Assembly: GCA_965220965.1 (NCBI GenBank)
Contig: OZ244852.1
Span: 1,664,001-1,728,000 of the forward strand
Length of the DNA: 64,000 nt
Origin: Candidatus Marinacidobacterium sp.
Lineage (GTDB): Bacteria; Acidobacteriota; Vicinamibacteria; Marinacidobacterales; Marinacidobacteraceae
Direction of reading: 5' to 3'
Shown here: piece by piece, positions 29,595 to 39,058 of the stretch
Position numbering within the stretch: position 1 is the first letter of the stretch
How the letters are laid out: the number at the start of each line of letters is the position of its first letter
Notes under the pieces: model-generated
What the model was told of the DNA's origin: nothing
Database searches by the model: none
What the model saw: the letters and a program-made list of their open reading frames with translations, nothing else
Made by a program: the position numbers and the translations under genes

Positions 29595-32500
29595 GTGATG
29601 CGTCAGGTGTGGTTCGTGGTGTGGTTGGTGGCGGGGGCCTTCGTGATCGGCGGCAGCGAGGCCGAGGCGCAGGACGGCGGGAAGACCGACGGGTCGGGCT
29701 GGGACACGACCGCGGCGCGGGGCGAGGCCTACGAACTGTCGTTCGAGACCTCGGAGGGGACCTGGATGTCGGTCGATGTCTCTCCCGACGGCTCGATGCT
29801 GGTGTTCGACCTGCTGGGGCACGTCTACCGGATGCCGGTGGCCGGGGGACGCGCGGAGTGCCTGACGCAGGACAGCGGCGTGGCGGTGAACTACCACCCG
29901 AGATACTCCCCGGACGGGGCGACGATCGCTTTCGTCTCGGATCGCGGCGGGCAGGCGAACCTGTGGCTGATGGACGCGAACGGGGAGAACCCCCGGCCGG
30001 TCCATGAAGACCGGGACGCGCGAGTCAGCTCGCCGGCCTGGATGCCCGATGGCCGCGGAATCGTGGCGCGGCGGTCTTCGGTGGCGCCGGGACAGCGATC
30101 CTCCGGGCTCTACCTGTTCCATCCGGACGGCGGCAGCGGCGTGGAGCTGGTGGGATCGGACTACCCGAGGGCGGACTGGCCGGCGCCCTCGGGACACGGG
30201 ACGCTCTACTTCCAGTTCGCGCCCTCCGGGGAGCGCGACCTGCTGCGGGGAGCGGTGCAGATCCGCGAGCTGGACCTGGCCAGCGGGCAGGTGTTCGATG
30301 TGACCGAGGGCCAGTCACAGCAGCAGTACCAGGGGTCGAGCGGCGGCGCGATCGCGCCCGAGCCCTCCCCCGACGGACGCTGGCTGGCGTTCGCCCGGCG
30401 CGTGCCGGGGGGAACGATTTCGTGGAAGGGACACCGCTACGGCCCGCGGAACGCCCTGTTCCTCCGGGACCTCGAGACCGGCGCCGAGCGCATGCTGGCG
30501 GATCCGATCGAGATCGACGCGGCCGAGGGGATGAAGACCGAGCGCTCGCTGCCGGGTTACGCCTGGGCGCCGGACGGCGGATCGCTGTTCCTGACCCGCG
30601 GCGGCCGGATCGTCCGGGTGGATGCGGAGAGCGGGGACGCCTCGGAGATCCCGTTCACCGCGGAAGTGCGCCGCATGGTGTCCGGACAGGCGCGGGCCGA
30701 ATTCGAAATCGGAGACCCCACCTTCCGGGCGAAGATGCTCCGGTGGCCGACCCTCGCGCCTGACGGGTCGGCCGTCGTCGTCCACGCCGCCGGTCGTCTC
30801 TACCGGATGACGCTGCCGGGAGGAACGCCCGAACGGCTGATCGCCGGCGACCGCGCGGCCTACGAGCTCTCGCCGGCGTATTCGCCCGACGGGAGCTGGG
30901 TCGCCTACACCACCTGGGACGACACCGAGGGTCACCTGTGGAAGGTTCCCTCCGGAGGCGGCGAGCCGGTGCGGCTCACCGGGACGCCGTCCGAGTACAT
31001 CCATCCGGTGTGGTCGCCGGACGGGCGGGAGATCGTGGTGGCGCGCGGGACCGGAGCCCCGGCGCGGGGTCGCTCGTGGTCGCAGAACCTGCGCTACGAC
31101 CTGGTCCGGGTCCCGGCCGACGGCGGCGAGGCGGTCCTGGTGACGAAGACGCTGCGTCCTTACAACGCCGGGCGGCCGCTCATGCCGCGCCGGCAGATCG
31201 TGGCGCCCTCGTTCGGGCCGGAGGGGCGTCTCTTCTTCCCGGAACAGACGAGCCGGGAGCGGGGAGGCCGGCGCGAGGACGTGACGAAGCTCGTCTCGGT
31301 GAAGATGGACGGATCCGACCGGCGGGTCCACCTGACGTTCCCCTACGCCGACGAGGCGGCGCCGTCGCCCGATGGCCGGTGGGTGGCGTTCTCCGAAGGA
31401 GACAACGTCTATGTCACCGCGCTGCCCTGGCCGGGCGCCGGGTCGGAGCCGCCGCACATCGAGCGCCGGAGCGCCTCGCTGCCGATCCGGACGGTGACCG
31501 TGGACGGCGGCATGTTCCCCAACTGGACCCCCGCCGGACAGCTTGTCGTGGGCAGTGGCCCCCGGGTGACGACCTGGGATCCCGGGACCGGGGAGGCCGT
31601 GCGCCATGACGTCCGGCTGGACCTGCCGAGGCAGCGGGCTTCCGGCGAGGGGGCCGCGGTGCTGACCGGCGGGCGGATCGTGACCCTGGGACCGGCGGGG
31701 ACGATCGAAACGGGCAACCTACGGATCGAGGACGGGCGGATCGCCTGCGTCGGCGAATGCCCGGCCGCGTCCGGAGACCACGAAATCGATGTCACGGGCA
31801 AGACGCTGATCCCGGGACTCATCGACATGCACGCCCACCACCACCGGGACCACACCGGCGTCCTGCCCCGACGCAACTGGGAGGCGGCGGTCTACCTCGC
31901 CTACGGGATCACCACGACGCTCGACAACTCCCAGTGGTCCCAGAACGTGTTCGCGGCGGCGGAGCTGGTCGAGGCGGGCGAGATGGTCGGGCCGCGGATG
32001 TTCAGCACCGGGGACCCGATGTACAACGGCGACGGGTCGCGGCAGAACGAGATCACCAGTTACGAGGACGCCGAAAACAACATCGAGCGGCTGACCTCGT
32101 GGGGGGCCACCGCCATCAAGTCCTACATGCAGCCCCGGCGCGACCAGCGCCAGTGGATCGCCGACATCTCTCGCGAGCGCAACCTGATGCTCACCGGCGA
32201 GGGCGGAAGCCTGGTCTTCAACATCGGCCTCATCCTCGACGGGCAGACCGCGTGGGAGCACCCGCTGACCTACGTACCGCTCTACGAGGACGCGGCGAAG
32301 TTCTTCGGGCGAACGAAGACCGTCTACTCGATCACCTTCGTCGTGGGCGGCCCCTCGGCGTGGAACGAGGAGTACTTCTGGCAGGAGACGCCGAACTGGA
32401 GGGACCCGAAGCAGCAGCGGTGGCTCCCCTGGCGGATGCTCGTGCCGCACACCCGGACGCGGCCGCTGCGCGAGAAGACGGACTACAGCTTCCCCCTGCT

Positions 32501-32912
32501 GGCGCAGGGCCTGGCGGACATCATCGCGGAGGGCGGCTCGGGCGCCATCGGTTCCCACGGGCAGCACCACGGGATCGGGTCCCACTGGGAGATCTGGATG
32601 GCGGCCGCGGCGATGAGCGAGGAGGAGGCGCTGGACGTGGCGGCCCGCCAGGGAGCGGCCTTCCTCGGGCTCGAGCACGAGCTGGGAACGCTCGAGGCGG
32701 GCAAACTCGCCGACATCGTCGTGCTCGACGAAAACCCGCTGGACGACATCCGGAACACCACCTCGATCCGGCTGGTGGTGAAGGACGGGCGGATCCATGA
32801 CGGCGACACGCTCGACGAGGTCTGGCCGAAACAAACGCCCTACGGCGGCTACCCCTGGCTGGAGGAGGAGATGTTCCGGATGGACGACCGGCCGATCCGG
32901 CCGGAGCGGTGA
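29595..32912 (+). CDS. Exported amidohydrolase with TolB-like (PD40) beta-propeller repeats
   Basis: Signal peptide, many SPDG repeats, PGLIDMHAH, GTLEAGKLADIVVL. Confidence 0.9.
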   Translation: MMRQVWFVVWLVAGAFVIGGSEAEAQDGGKTDGSGWDTTAARGEAYELSFETSEGTWMSVDVSPDGSMLVFDLLGHVYRMPVAGGRAECLTQDSGVAVNYHPRYSPDGATIAFVSDRGGQANLWLMDANGENPRPVHEDRDARVSSPAWMPDGRGIVARRSSVAPGQRSSGLYLFHPDGGSGVELVGSDYPRADWPAPSGHGTLYFQFAPSGERDLLRGAVQIRELDLASGQVFDVTEGQSQQQYQGSSGGAIAPEPSPDGRWLAFARRVPGGTISWKGHRYGPRNALFLRDLETGAERMLADPIEIDAAEGMKTERSLPGYAWAPDGGSLFLTRGGRIVRVDAESGDASEIPFTAEVRRMVSGQARAEFEIGDPTFRAKMLRWPTLAPDGSAVVVHAAGRLYRMTLPGGTPERLIAGDRAAYELSPAYSPDGSWVAYTTWDDTEGHLWKVPSGGGEPVRLTGTPSEYIHPVWSPDGREIVVARGTGAPARGRSWSQNLRYDLVRVPADGGEAVLVTKTLRPYNAGRPLMPRRQIVAPSFGPEGRLFFPEQTSRERGGRREDVTKLVSVKMDGSDRRVHLTFPYADEAAPSPDGRWVAFSEGDNVYVTALPWPGAGSEPPHIERRSASLPIRTVTVDGGMFPNWTPAGQLVVGSGPRVTTWDPGTGEAVRHDVRLDLPRQRASGEGAAVLTGGRIVTLGPAGTIETGNLRIEDGRIACVGECPAASGDHEIDVTGKTLIPGLIDMHAHHHRDHTGVLPRRNWEAAVYLAYGITTTLDNSQWSQNVFAAAELVEAGEMVGPRMFSTGDPMYNGDGSRQNEITSYEDAENNIERLTSWGATAIKSYMQPRRDQRQWIADISRERNLMLTGEGGSLVFNIGLILDGQTAWEHPLTYVPLYEDAAKFFGRTKTVYSITFVVGGPSAWNEEYFWQETPNWRDPKQQRWLPWRMLVPHTRTRPLREKTDYSFPLLAQGLADIIAEGGSGAIGSHGQHHGIGSHWEIWMAAAAMSEEEALDVAARQGAAFLGLEHELGTLEAGKLADIVVLDENPLDDIRNTTSIRLVVKDGRIHDGDTLDEVWPKQTPYGGYPWLEEEMFRMDDRPIRPER

Positions 32913-32985
32913 ACGGCGTCGCGAGGCGCCCCCGGCGCGCGGCCCCCGGGTGGTCCCGCCCGGATGCGGACACAATCTCCCGCTT

Positions 32986-33090
32986 ATGGACGGATTTCCT
33001 GCTTCGACCTGGGCGCTGCTCGCGCTCGCGGTGATTCCCGGGCTGGCGCTCGCCGGGTGGAACGCCTGGCGCGGGCGGGCGGCGCGCTGA
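32986..33090 (+). CDS. Small single-TM peptide, probable symporter accessory protein
   Basis: MDGFPASTWALLALAVIPGLALAGWNAWRGRAAR, 12 bp upstream of the SSS symporter. Confidence 0.55.
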   Translation: MDGFPASTWALLALAVIPGLALAGWNAWRGRAAR

Positions 33091-33102
33091 CGGGCGGCTG
33101 AC

Positions 33103-34635
33103 ATGCCGGAGAACTGGCCGCTGTGGGCCGTCCTGATCGGCTACTTCTCGCTCCTGTTCGGGCTGGCGATCTGGAGTTCGAAGAGCACCGGCAGCCTCGC
33201 CGGGTACTACCTGGCGGGCCGGAAGCTCCCGGCGGCGGTCGTGGGGTTCTCCTCGGCCTCGACCGGGGAGAGCGCCTGGCTGCTGCTCGGGCTGACCGGC
33301 ATGGGCTACGTCCTCGGGGCGAACGCGCTGTGGATCGTCTTCGGGGAGGTCGTCGCGACCGCCGTGGCCTGGGCCTTCGTCGGACCCCGGTTCAAGGCGC
33401 TGGCGGACCGCTACCAGGCGATCACCGTCGCCGACTGGATGGAGCAGCGGTTCGGGGACCGCCGCCAGATCCTGCGGATCACCGGGTCCGTCGTGATCCT
33501 CGTCATGGCGGGGACCTACATGGCGGCGCAGTTGACCGGGACCGGGAAGACCTTCGAGTCCTTCCTGGGCGTGTCCTACGAGTTCGGGGTCATCGTGGGC
33601 GCCGCGATCATCCTCTTCTACACCGCGTTCGGCGGCCTGCAGGCGGTGGCGTGGAGCGATCTCTTCCAGGCGCTCCTGATGACCGCGACGATGGTCGTGC
33701 TCCCGCTCACCGCGATCGTCGAACTCGGGGGTTTCGCGGCCATGGCGTCGAAGCTGGCCGCCATCGACCCCGGACTCCTCCTGCCGATGGGGCCCGAAGG
33801 GGGCACGGGACGGGGCTTCGCCGACATCTTCAGCCACCTGGGCGTCGGGCTGGCGTTCCTCGGGGCGCCGCAACTGCTCGTGCGGTTCATGGCGGCGAAG
33901 AACCGCCGGACGCTCTCGGACGGCGGACTGGTGGCCGCGTCGGCCATCATCCTGTTCGATCTGGGAGCGGTCTTCACCGGCATGGCCGGCCGGGCGCTCT
34001 ACCCGGGGATCGCCGATCCCGAAGGGATCATGCCGCTGCTCTCCACCGAGCTCATGCCGGCGGTCGTGACCGGGCTCTTCCTGACCGCGGTCCTCGCGGC
34101 GATCATGTCGACCGCCGACTCGGTCCTGCTGCTCGCGTCCTCGGCGGCGGTGCGGGACGTGTTCCAGAAGCTCATCGGCCCCCGGGTGAAGGATTCGGCG
34201 GCCCCCGGGCTCCGGGGCTGGGCGGCGCAGGTCACCGGCGACGAGGCCCGGCTGGCGCGGGTCGGGAAGGTGGTGACCGTCGTGCTGGGGCTCATCGGGA
34301 TCGCGGTGGCGCTTCCCGAGGTGCGGGTGATCTTCTTCTTCGTCCTGTTCTCGTGGTCGGGGCTGGGGTGCGCGTTCGCGCCGGTGGCGATGCTCGGAAT
34401 CTTCTGGAAGCGGATGACGCTCCCGGGGGCGGTCGCCGGAATGATCGCGGGCTTCGGGACCTCGGTGGGCTGGTACCTGTGGGGGAAGCCGGCGTTTTAC
34501 GAGCTCTACGAGATGATCGTGGGCTTCGCCGCCGGGTTCACCGCCGCGATCGTGGTGAGCCTGCTCACCCGGCCCGATCCGGAGGGAGCGGAGCAGGTGG
34601 AGTTCGCGGCGGAGTGGGCGCGCCGCCGGTCGTGA
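33103..34635 (+). CDS. putP: Sodium/proline symporter (SSS family)
   Basis: YYLAGRKL, SAWLLLGL, GGLQAVAWSD, PQLLVRFMA, AAIMSTADS. Confidence 0.85.
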   Translation: MPENWPLWAVLIGYFSLLFGLAIWSSKSTGSLAGYYLAGRKLPAAVVGFSSASTGESAWLLLGLTGMGYVLGANALWIVFGEVVATAVAWAFVGPRFKALADRYQAITVADWMEQRFGDRRQILRITGSVVILVMAGTYMAAQLTGTGKTFESFLGVSYEFGVIVGAAIILFYTAFGGLQAVAWSDLFQALLMTATMVVLPLTAIVELGGFAAMASKLAAIDPGLLLPMGPEGGTGRGFADIFSHLGVGLAFLGAPQLLVRFMAAKNRRTLSDGGLVAASAIILFDLGAVFTGMAGRALYPGIADPEGIMPLLSTELMPAVVTGLFLTAVLAAIMSTADSVLLLASSAAVRDVFQKLIGPRVKDSAAPGLRGWAAQVTGDEARLARVGKVVTVVLGLIGIAVALPEVRVIFFFVLFSWSGLGCAFAPVAMLGIFWKRMTLPGAVAGMIAGFGTSVGWYLWGKPAFYELYEMIVGFAAGFTAAIVVSLLTRPDPEGAEQVEFAAEWARRRS

Positions 34636-35477
34636 ACGCCGGCCGAGGCCGGCGGTTCGTTCGAACGGCAATCCCGCTCGCGGCCGCTCTCCTGCTCGGC
34701 CTCGGGCTGACCGGGTGCGAGGAGAGCGAGACCCCGGCCGCCCCCGGCGAGCCTGAGAGCGAAGGCCGGATCGTGCGAATCGAGGTCCTTTCGGAGGCCG
34801 GAGCGAACGGGACCTATCTCGTCGGAGAGGAACTCCGGTTCGGCGCGTGGGTGGGCGGCGGGGAGACGGTCGACTGGACCGGCGCCATCTGGCTGGTCTT
34901 CGACCTGGGGCTGGCGCGGCAACCGGCGGCGCTCGTTGCGGCGGATGGAGGCCGGCTGGAATTCGCGTACGCCGTCCGGCGCGGCGACTACGACGGGGAC
35001 GGCGTGTCAGCCGCGGAGGGAGAGCTGGAGTTCGGGTCGGGCGCGACGCTCACCATCTCGGGACAGACGGTGGACGCCGCGGTCCCGGCGCTGGCGCCGG
35101 CGCCCGACCACCGGGTCTACGGGGTCCACGAACCCGGCGAGGCGGTCGCCTTCGCGGCCGCAACCGAGCCGCTGCCGGGGTGGCTCGCCTCGGAGGAGGC
35201 GGTCGGTTGCCGGAACCGGGAGGAAGTCGAGGAAATCGTCCGGGCGGTCCTGGCCGGTGACCTCGCCCGGGCCGCCGCGGGGTACGCGGCGGGCTTCCAG
35301 TCCGGGCGGTGCGCCTCGCTGGTTCCGGGAGGTCAGGGGATCTTCCTGTCCGCGGCGGTGTTCGGCGAGGGGAGCGACATCGTGGATCTGGTCCTCGCCT
35401 ACGGCCCCGGCGACACCGTGCTGGGCGGAGAAACCGCGAACTGGTGGACGCTGGGCGCGTTCGTCGAGACGCCGTAG
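34632..35477 (+). CDS. Hypothetical lipoprotein
   Basis: Signal peptide with lipobox LTGC; GTGA overlap with the symporter. Confidence 0.65.
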   Translation: MNAGRGRRFVRTAIPLAAALLLGLGLTGCEESETPAAPGEPESEGRIVRIEVLSEAGANGTYLVGEELRFGAWVGGGETVDWTGAIWLVFDLGLARQPAALVAADGGRLEFAYAVRRGDYDGDGVSAAEGELEFGSGATLTISGQTVDAAVPALAPAPDHRVYGVHEPGEAVAFAAATEPLPGWLASEEAVGCRNREEVEEIVRAVLAGDLARAAAGYAAGFQSGRCASLVPGGQGIFLSAAVFGEGSDIVDLVLAYGPGDTVLGGETANWWTLGAFVETP

Positions 35478-35495
35478 CGACCGCGGACCGGGGCT

Positions 35496-36002
35496 TCAGC
35501 CGGCGACCTGGCTGCGGCGCTCCATGAGGAGCACGTCGCGCCAGCGGCCGTCGGAAGCGCGCCCGAGGCGCCTTCGGACCCCCACCACGCGGAAGCCGGC
35601 GGCCCCGAAGACGCGCACCGACACCTCGTTCTCGGGGAAGATCTTCGCTTCGAGCGTCCAGACGCCGGCGGCTTCGGACTGCGCCACCAGCCGCTCGAGG
35701 AGCGCCGAGCCGACGCCGCGGCCCCGGGCGCTGGCGGCGACGTAGAGCATGACCTCGCGGACGCCGCGGTAGACCGCGCGCTTCGAGACCGGACTGAGGA
35801 CCGCGAAGGCGACCGGCGCTCCGTCCACCTCGGCCATCAGCCGGCACTCCGGAGAGCGCGCCGCGTCCCAGGACTCCCATGACGGAGGCGCAGTCTCGAA
35901 GGTGGCGTCTCCCGAAGCGATCCCCTCCCGGTAGATCTCGCGGACCGCCGGCCAGTCGGTCGGGGCCATGGCCCGCATCGAGACGCGGCCCGGAGACTCC
36001 AT
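35496..36002 (-). CDS. GNAT N-acetyltransferase (phosphinothricin acetyltransferase-like)
   Basis: IYREGI...ATFET, ARGRGVG, IFPEN, WRDVLLMERRS. Confidence 0.9.
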   Translation of the reverse strand: MESPGRVSMRAMAPTDWPAVREIYREGIASGDATFETAPPSWESWDAARSPECRLMAEVDGAPVAFAVLSPVSKRAVYRGVREVMLYVAASARGRGVGSALLERLVAQSEAAGVWTLEAKIFPENEVSVRVFGAAGFRVVGVRRRLGRASDGRWRDVLLMERRSQVAG

Positions 36003-36094
36003 CGCCGGGCCAGCCTACCCGCACGCGTACGCGGGGCGTTCGCGACCCCGGTTCCGGTGGCTGGCGTACGCTCCGGGGAACCAGGGGGAGCGCC

Positions 36095-37183
36095 ATGAGC
36101 AACAGGTTCCACCGGACGGTGGTCATCGGAACGGTGGCCGCGATCTCGCTCGCGCTGATTGCGGAGGCGTCGGCCTACCGGTTCTTCCGGCGCAGCGTCA
36201 ACGACTCGCTGGTCCCGACCTCCGAGGAAGCGGCCCGCTGGTCCCCGTCGGTCTGGGGACCGTCCGAGAGCCTCGCGTGGGTTGTTTCCGATTCGCCCCG
36301 ATGGTCGGATCCATGGGTATACGAGGATGAGGTGACCGAGTCGCCATTCGCGAGCGCGGCCGAGGTCATTCCCTACGTCCGGAGGGCGCTCGAAGCGTGG
36401 ACCGCGGCGCCGAACGCCCGCATCCGCTGGAGCGTGGAGGGAACGCAGAGGGAACTGCCCCGGGCCCGCGACCACATCAACGCGGTGAGACCCCACGTGC
36501 TCGACTTCGGAGGCTCCTACGCCGCCATCTTCATGGAGGACGGCGAGATCGTGGAGTGCGACATCAGCTTCAGCCCCGGGCACACGGTTCTCTTCGAGGG
36601 TCGCGGGCTGAGCACCCTGATGCACGAGTTCGGGCACTGCCTCGGCCTCGCCCACTCGGGGATGTTCCCGACCTGGGACGCCTCCCCCTGGCGGCGCGGA
36701 CGCGAGGAGGGCCTCTGGCGACAGGATCCCAAGATGTCCTACGGGTTCCGAAGGGACAACGTGCTCACGGCGGACGACATCGTGGCCGCGGCGCTGCTTC
36801 GCCCGGCGCCGGGGTGGCGTCCGGGGGGCATCCGGGGAGCGGTCGCCATGGAGGGCGAGCCGGCGCGATTCGTCCGGGTGGCCGCAACCCGGATCGAAGA
36901 CGACGGCCGGCTCGGCTGGTCGGTGAGCGTCTTCACGGACGGGCGGGGCGAGTACTTCCTCGAGGGGCTCGCGCCCGGGGACTACCTGCTGGCCGCCGGA
37001 CCGATGATGCAGAGCGCCGCCCACTCCTCGCTGCTGGACGCCGGCGCCACGATGCTGGGCGCCGGGGACCACTACCGGCTGACCCCGATTCCGGTGAGCG
37101 CCGGATCGGCCAGCCGCGCCCCGCCGATCCGGTTGCGCGCCGGACGCGCCAATGCGGCGCCCGGGACCGGAGACCCCGGGTGA
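36095..37183 (+). CDS. Exported matrixin/M10-like zinc metalloprotease with C-terminal carboxypeptidase-regulatory-like domain
   Basis: Signal peptide; HEFGHCLGLAH zinc motif, Met-turn PKMSY; TDGRGEYFLEGLAPGDY. Confidence 0.8.
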   Translation: MSNRFHRTVVIGTVAAISLALIAEASAYRFFRRSVNDSLVPTSEEAARWSPSVWGPSESLAWVVSDSPRWSDPWVYEDEVTESPFASAAEVIPYVRRALEAWTAAPNARIRWSVEGTQRELPRARDHINAVRPHVLDFGGSYAAIFMEDGEIVECDISFSPGHTVLFEGRGLSTLMHEFGHCLGLAHSGMFPTWDASPWRRGREEGLWRQDPKMSYGFRRDNVLTADDIVAAALLRPAPGWRPGGIRGAVAMEGEPARFVRVAATRIEDDGRLGWSVSVFTDGRGEYFLEGLAPGDYLLAAGPMMQSAAHSSLLDAGATMLGAGDHYRLTPIPVSAGSASRAPPIRLRAGRANAAPGTGDPG

Positions 37184-38109
37184 TCCGCCCGCGGCGCCCC
37201 GTCCGGGGATGGACCCCCGCCGCTCTCGCGGGGCTCGCGCTCACCCTGGCGGCGTGCCAGGAGGAGTCCTCGACTCCGGTGGCGCCGACGCCCCCGGCCG
37301 CGGCGCCGACCGGTCAGGTGACCGCCTCGTTCACCGCGACCTCGTTCGAGGTCGCCGAAGGGGGGACCGTCGCGATCGGCGTGCGTTTCGCGGGCAGCCG
37401 GCTCGCCGCGCCGTTCCCGCTCGAGGTCCGCGTCGCGGACGGCGGACCCGGGGACGAGGACTTCGAGCTCTCGGCGACCTCGATCCAGGTCCCCGCCGGC
37501 GAAGCGACGTCGGGCGAGGTGCAGGTGCTGCTTGCGGCGGCCGCCGACCTCCGCTTCGCCGAGGGCGCCGAGACCGTGACGCTCGAGTTCGCCGCAACCC
37601 AGGCGGCGACGGTCCGCACCAGCTTCGGGGAGGCTGCAGAGGTCGTCATTGCGGATGCTCCGGTGGCGGCCTGCCCGGGGGTCCTGGTGGCGGCCGAGCC
37701 GGTCCAACAGGAGCTCCGGGACGACGACCCACCCGAGGACCACCATCTCGCCACCACGCTGAGGCTGGAGCTGGACGGCGCCGGGCTGGAGGCCGGACTG
37801 GACCTCCGCAGCCCCTACCTGGAGTGGAGGGAGAGTGCGAGGGAGCCGTTCTCCGCCGCGGCCTTCGGGGTGACCCGCTGGCGGGTGGAGCGGGTCGGGC
37901 GCGGCGCGCGCCACGAGCTGGAGATCAACTGGCCGGGCCGCGCCTGGGTGGAGTTGCGCTTCCCGCCCGAGGACTCCGAATCAGCCTCGGCCAGCGAGAC
38001 ATCCACCTCCGCGCCAGCGCCCGGTCTGGAGATCGGCATCGTCGGCGGCGCGTGCGCGGCCGAAACGGTGATCGGCTGCGGCGACGAGGGGTGCGAACTG
38101 CTGCAGTGA
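37180..38109 (+). CDS. Lipoprotein with Calx-beta-like domain
   Basis: Lipobox LAAC; SFTATSFEVAEG...AEGAETVTLEF...VVIAD pattern; GTGA overlap with the protease. Confidence 0.6.
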   Translation: MIRPRRPVRGWTPAALAGLALTLAACQEESSTPVAPTPPAAAPTGQVTASFTATSFEVAEGGTVAIGVRFAGSRLAAPFPLEVRVADGGPGDEDFELSATSIQVPAGEATSGEVQVLLAAAADLRFAEGAETVTLEFAATQAATVRTSFGEAAEVVIADAPVAACPGVLVAAEPVQQELRDDDPPEDHHLATTLRLELDGAGLEAGLDLRSPYLEWRESAREPFSAAAFGVTRWRVERVGRGARHELEINWPGRAWVELRFPPEDSESASASETSTSAPAPGLEIGIVGGACAAETVIGCGDEGCELLQ

Positions 38110-38242
38110 TCGCTTGCTTCGCTGCTCCTCGCCGGTGACGATGCCAGCTACGTCTCCAGGATCTGTCCACAGTGGGCGTCATGGGGCGGCCCGTACCGCA
38201 GGGGCGACGCCCCCCGCTCGCCGCACACAACGCCGAGCTGCG

Positions 38243-38258
38243 ATATGGTTTCCCATAT
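38243..38258. promoter_or_regulatory. Putative vapBC operator palindrome
   Basis: ATATGG-tttc-CCATAT overlapping the antitoxin start. Confidence 0.55.
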
Positions 38259-38496
38259 GAAGACGACGCTCAATGTTGATGATTCCGTCATGCAGCGCTT
38301 GAGGGAGGAGGCGGCGCGACGGGGAACGACGATGTCCGCGCTGGTTGAGGCTGGGCTTCGGCGCATTCTGGCCCCCCGTGTCCCACCCGTGAATCTGCGG
38401 GACTCCCTTCCGCCACTGCCGACGTGGGACAGCGGCGGACACCTGGTCAATATCGACGACCGGGAGGCGCTCTACCGCAAGATGGAAACGAAGTGA
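38257..38496 (+). CDS. vapB: VapB-like ribbon-helix-helix antitoxin
   Basis: MKTTLNVDDSVMQRLREEAARRGTTMSALVEAGLR RHH pattern, upstream of a PIN toxin. Confidence 0.85.
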   Translation: MKTTLNVDDSVMQRLREEAARRGTTMSALVEAGLRRILAPRVPPVNLRDSLPPLPTWDSGGHLVNIDDREALYRKMETK

Positions 38497-38499
38497 CTC

Positions 38500-38937
38500 G
38501 TGCTCTTCGACACGAACGTGCTTCTCCACGCCGCGGACGAGCACTCGGACGTCAGCTTGGCGTGCCGCAAACGCTTGGATGACGCGCGGTTGGACGCTGT
38601 CCCGGCATTCCTGACCTGGAGCGTCTGCTACGAGTTCCTGCGGGTCAGCACCCACCCTTCCGTGTTCCGGTCACCGTGGACGGCGGCGGAGGCCTGGAGC
38701 TTCCTGGAAAAGTTGCTGACCGCGCCCGGTCTCGAGGTGCTCGTGGCAACGCCTCGCCATGAGGCCGTGCTCGCGCAGACCCTCGGCGAACTACCCAACC
38801 TGCGCGGCAACGTCTGGCACGACGTGCACACCGCCGTACTGATGCGCGAGCACGGTGTTAGCCGCATCTGCACCCGCGACTCCGACTTCCGCCGCTTCCC
38901 CTTCCTGAGCGTCCTCGATCCGCAAGGGGAGTGGTGA
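38500..38937 (+). CDS. vapC: VapC-family PIN toxin
   Basis: FDTNVL, YEFLRVSTHP, GNVWHD, TRDSDFRRF. Confidence 0.9.
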   Translation: MLFDTNVLLHAADEHSDVSLACRKRLDDARLDAVPAFLTWSVCYEFLRVSTHPSVFRSPWTAAEAWSFLEKLLTAPGLEVLVATPRHEAVLAQTLGELPNLRGNVWHDVHTAVLMREHGVSRICTRDSDFRRFPFLSVLDPQGEW

Positions 38938-39058
38938 CGGCCCGGCGGAGGGTGTCTCAGGGAACAAGTCCCGAACGCCGAGGCGGTGACGACTCCAAGC
39001 CGTTCGCCGCGTTTGTGGAGTATCCCGGGCGCCGTCCGGTCCTGCGCTCCGGCGAGGT

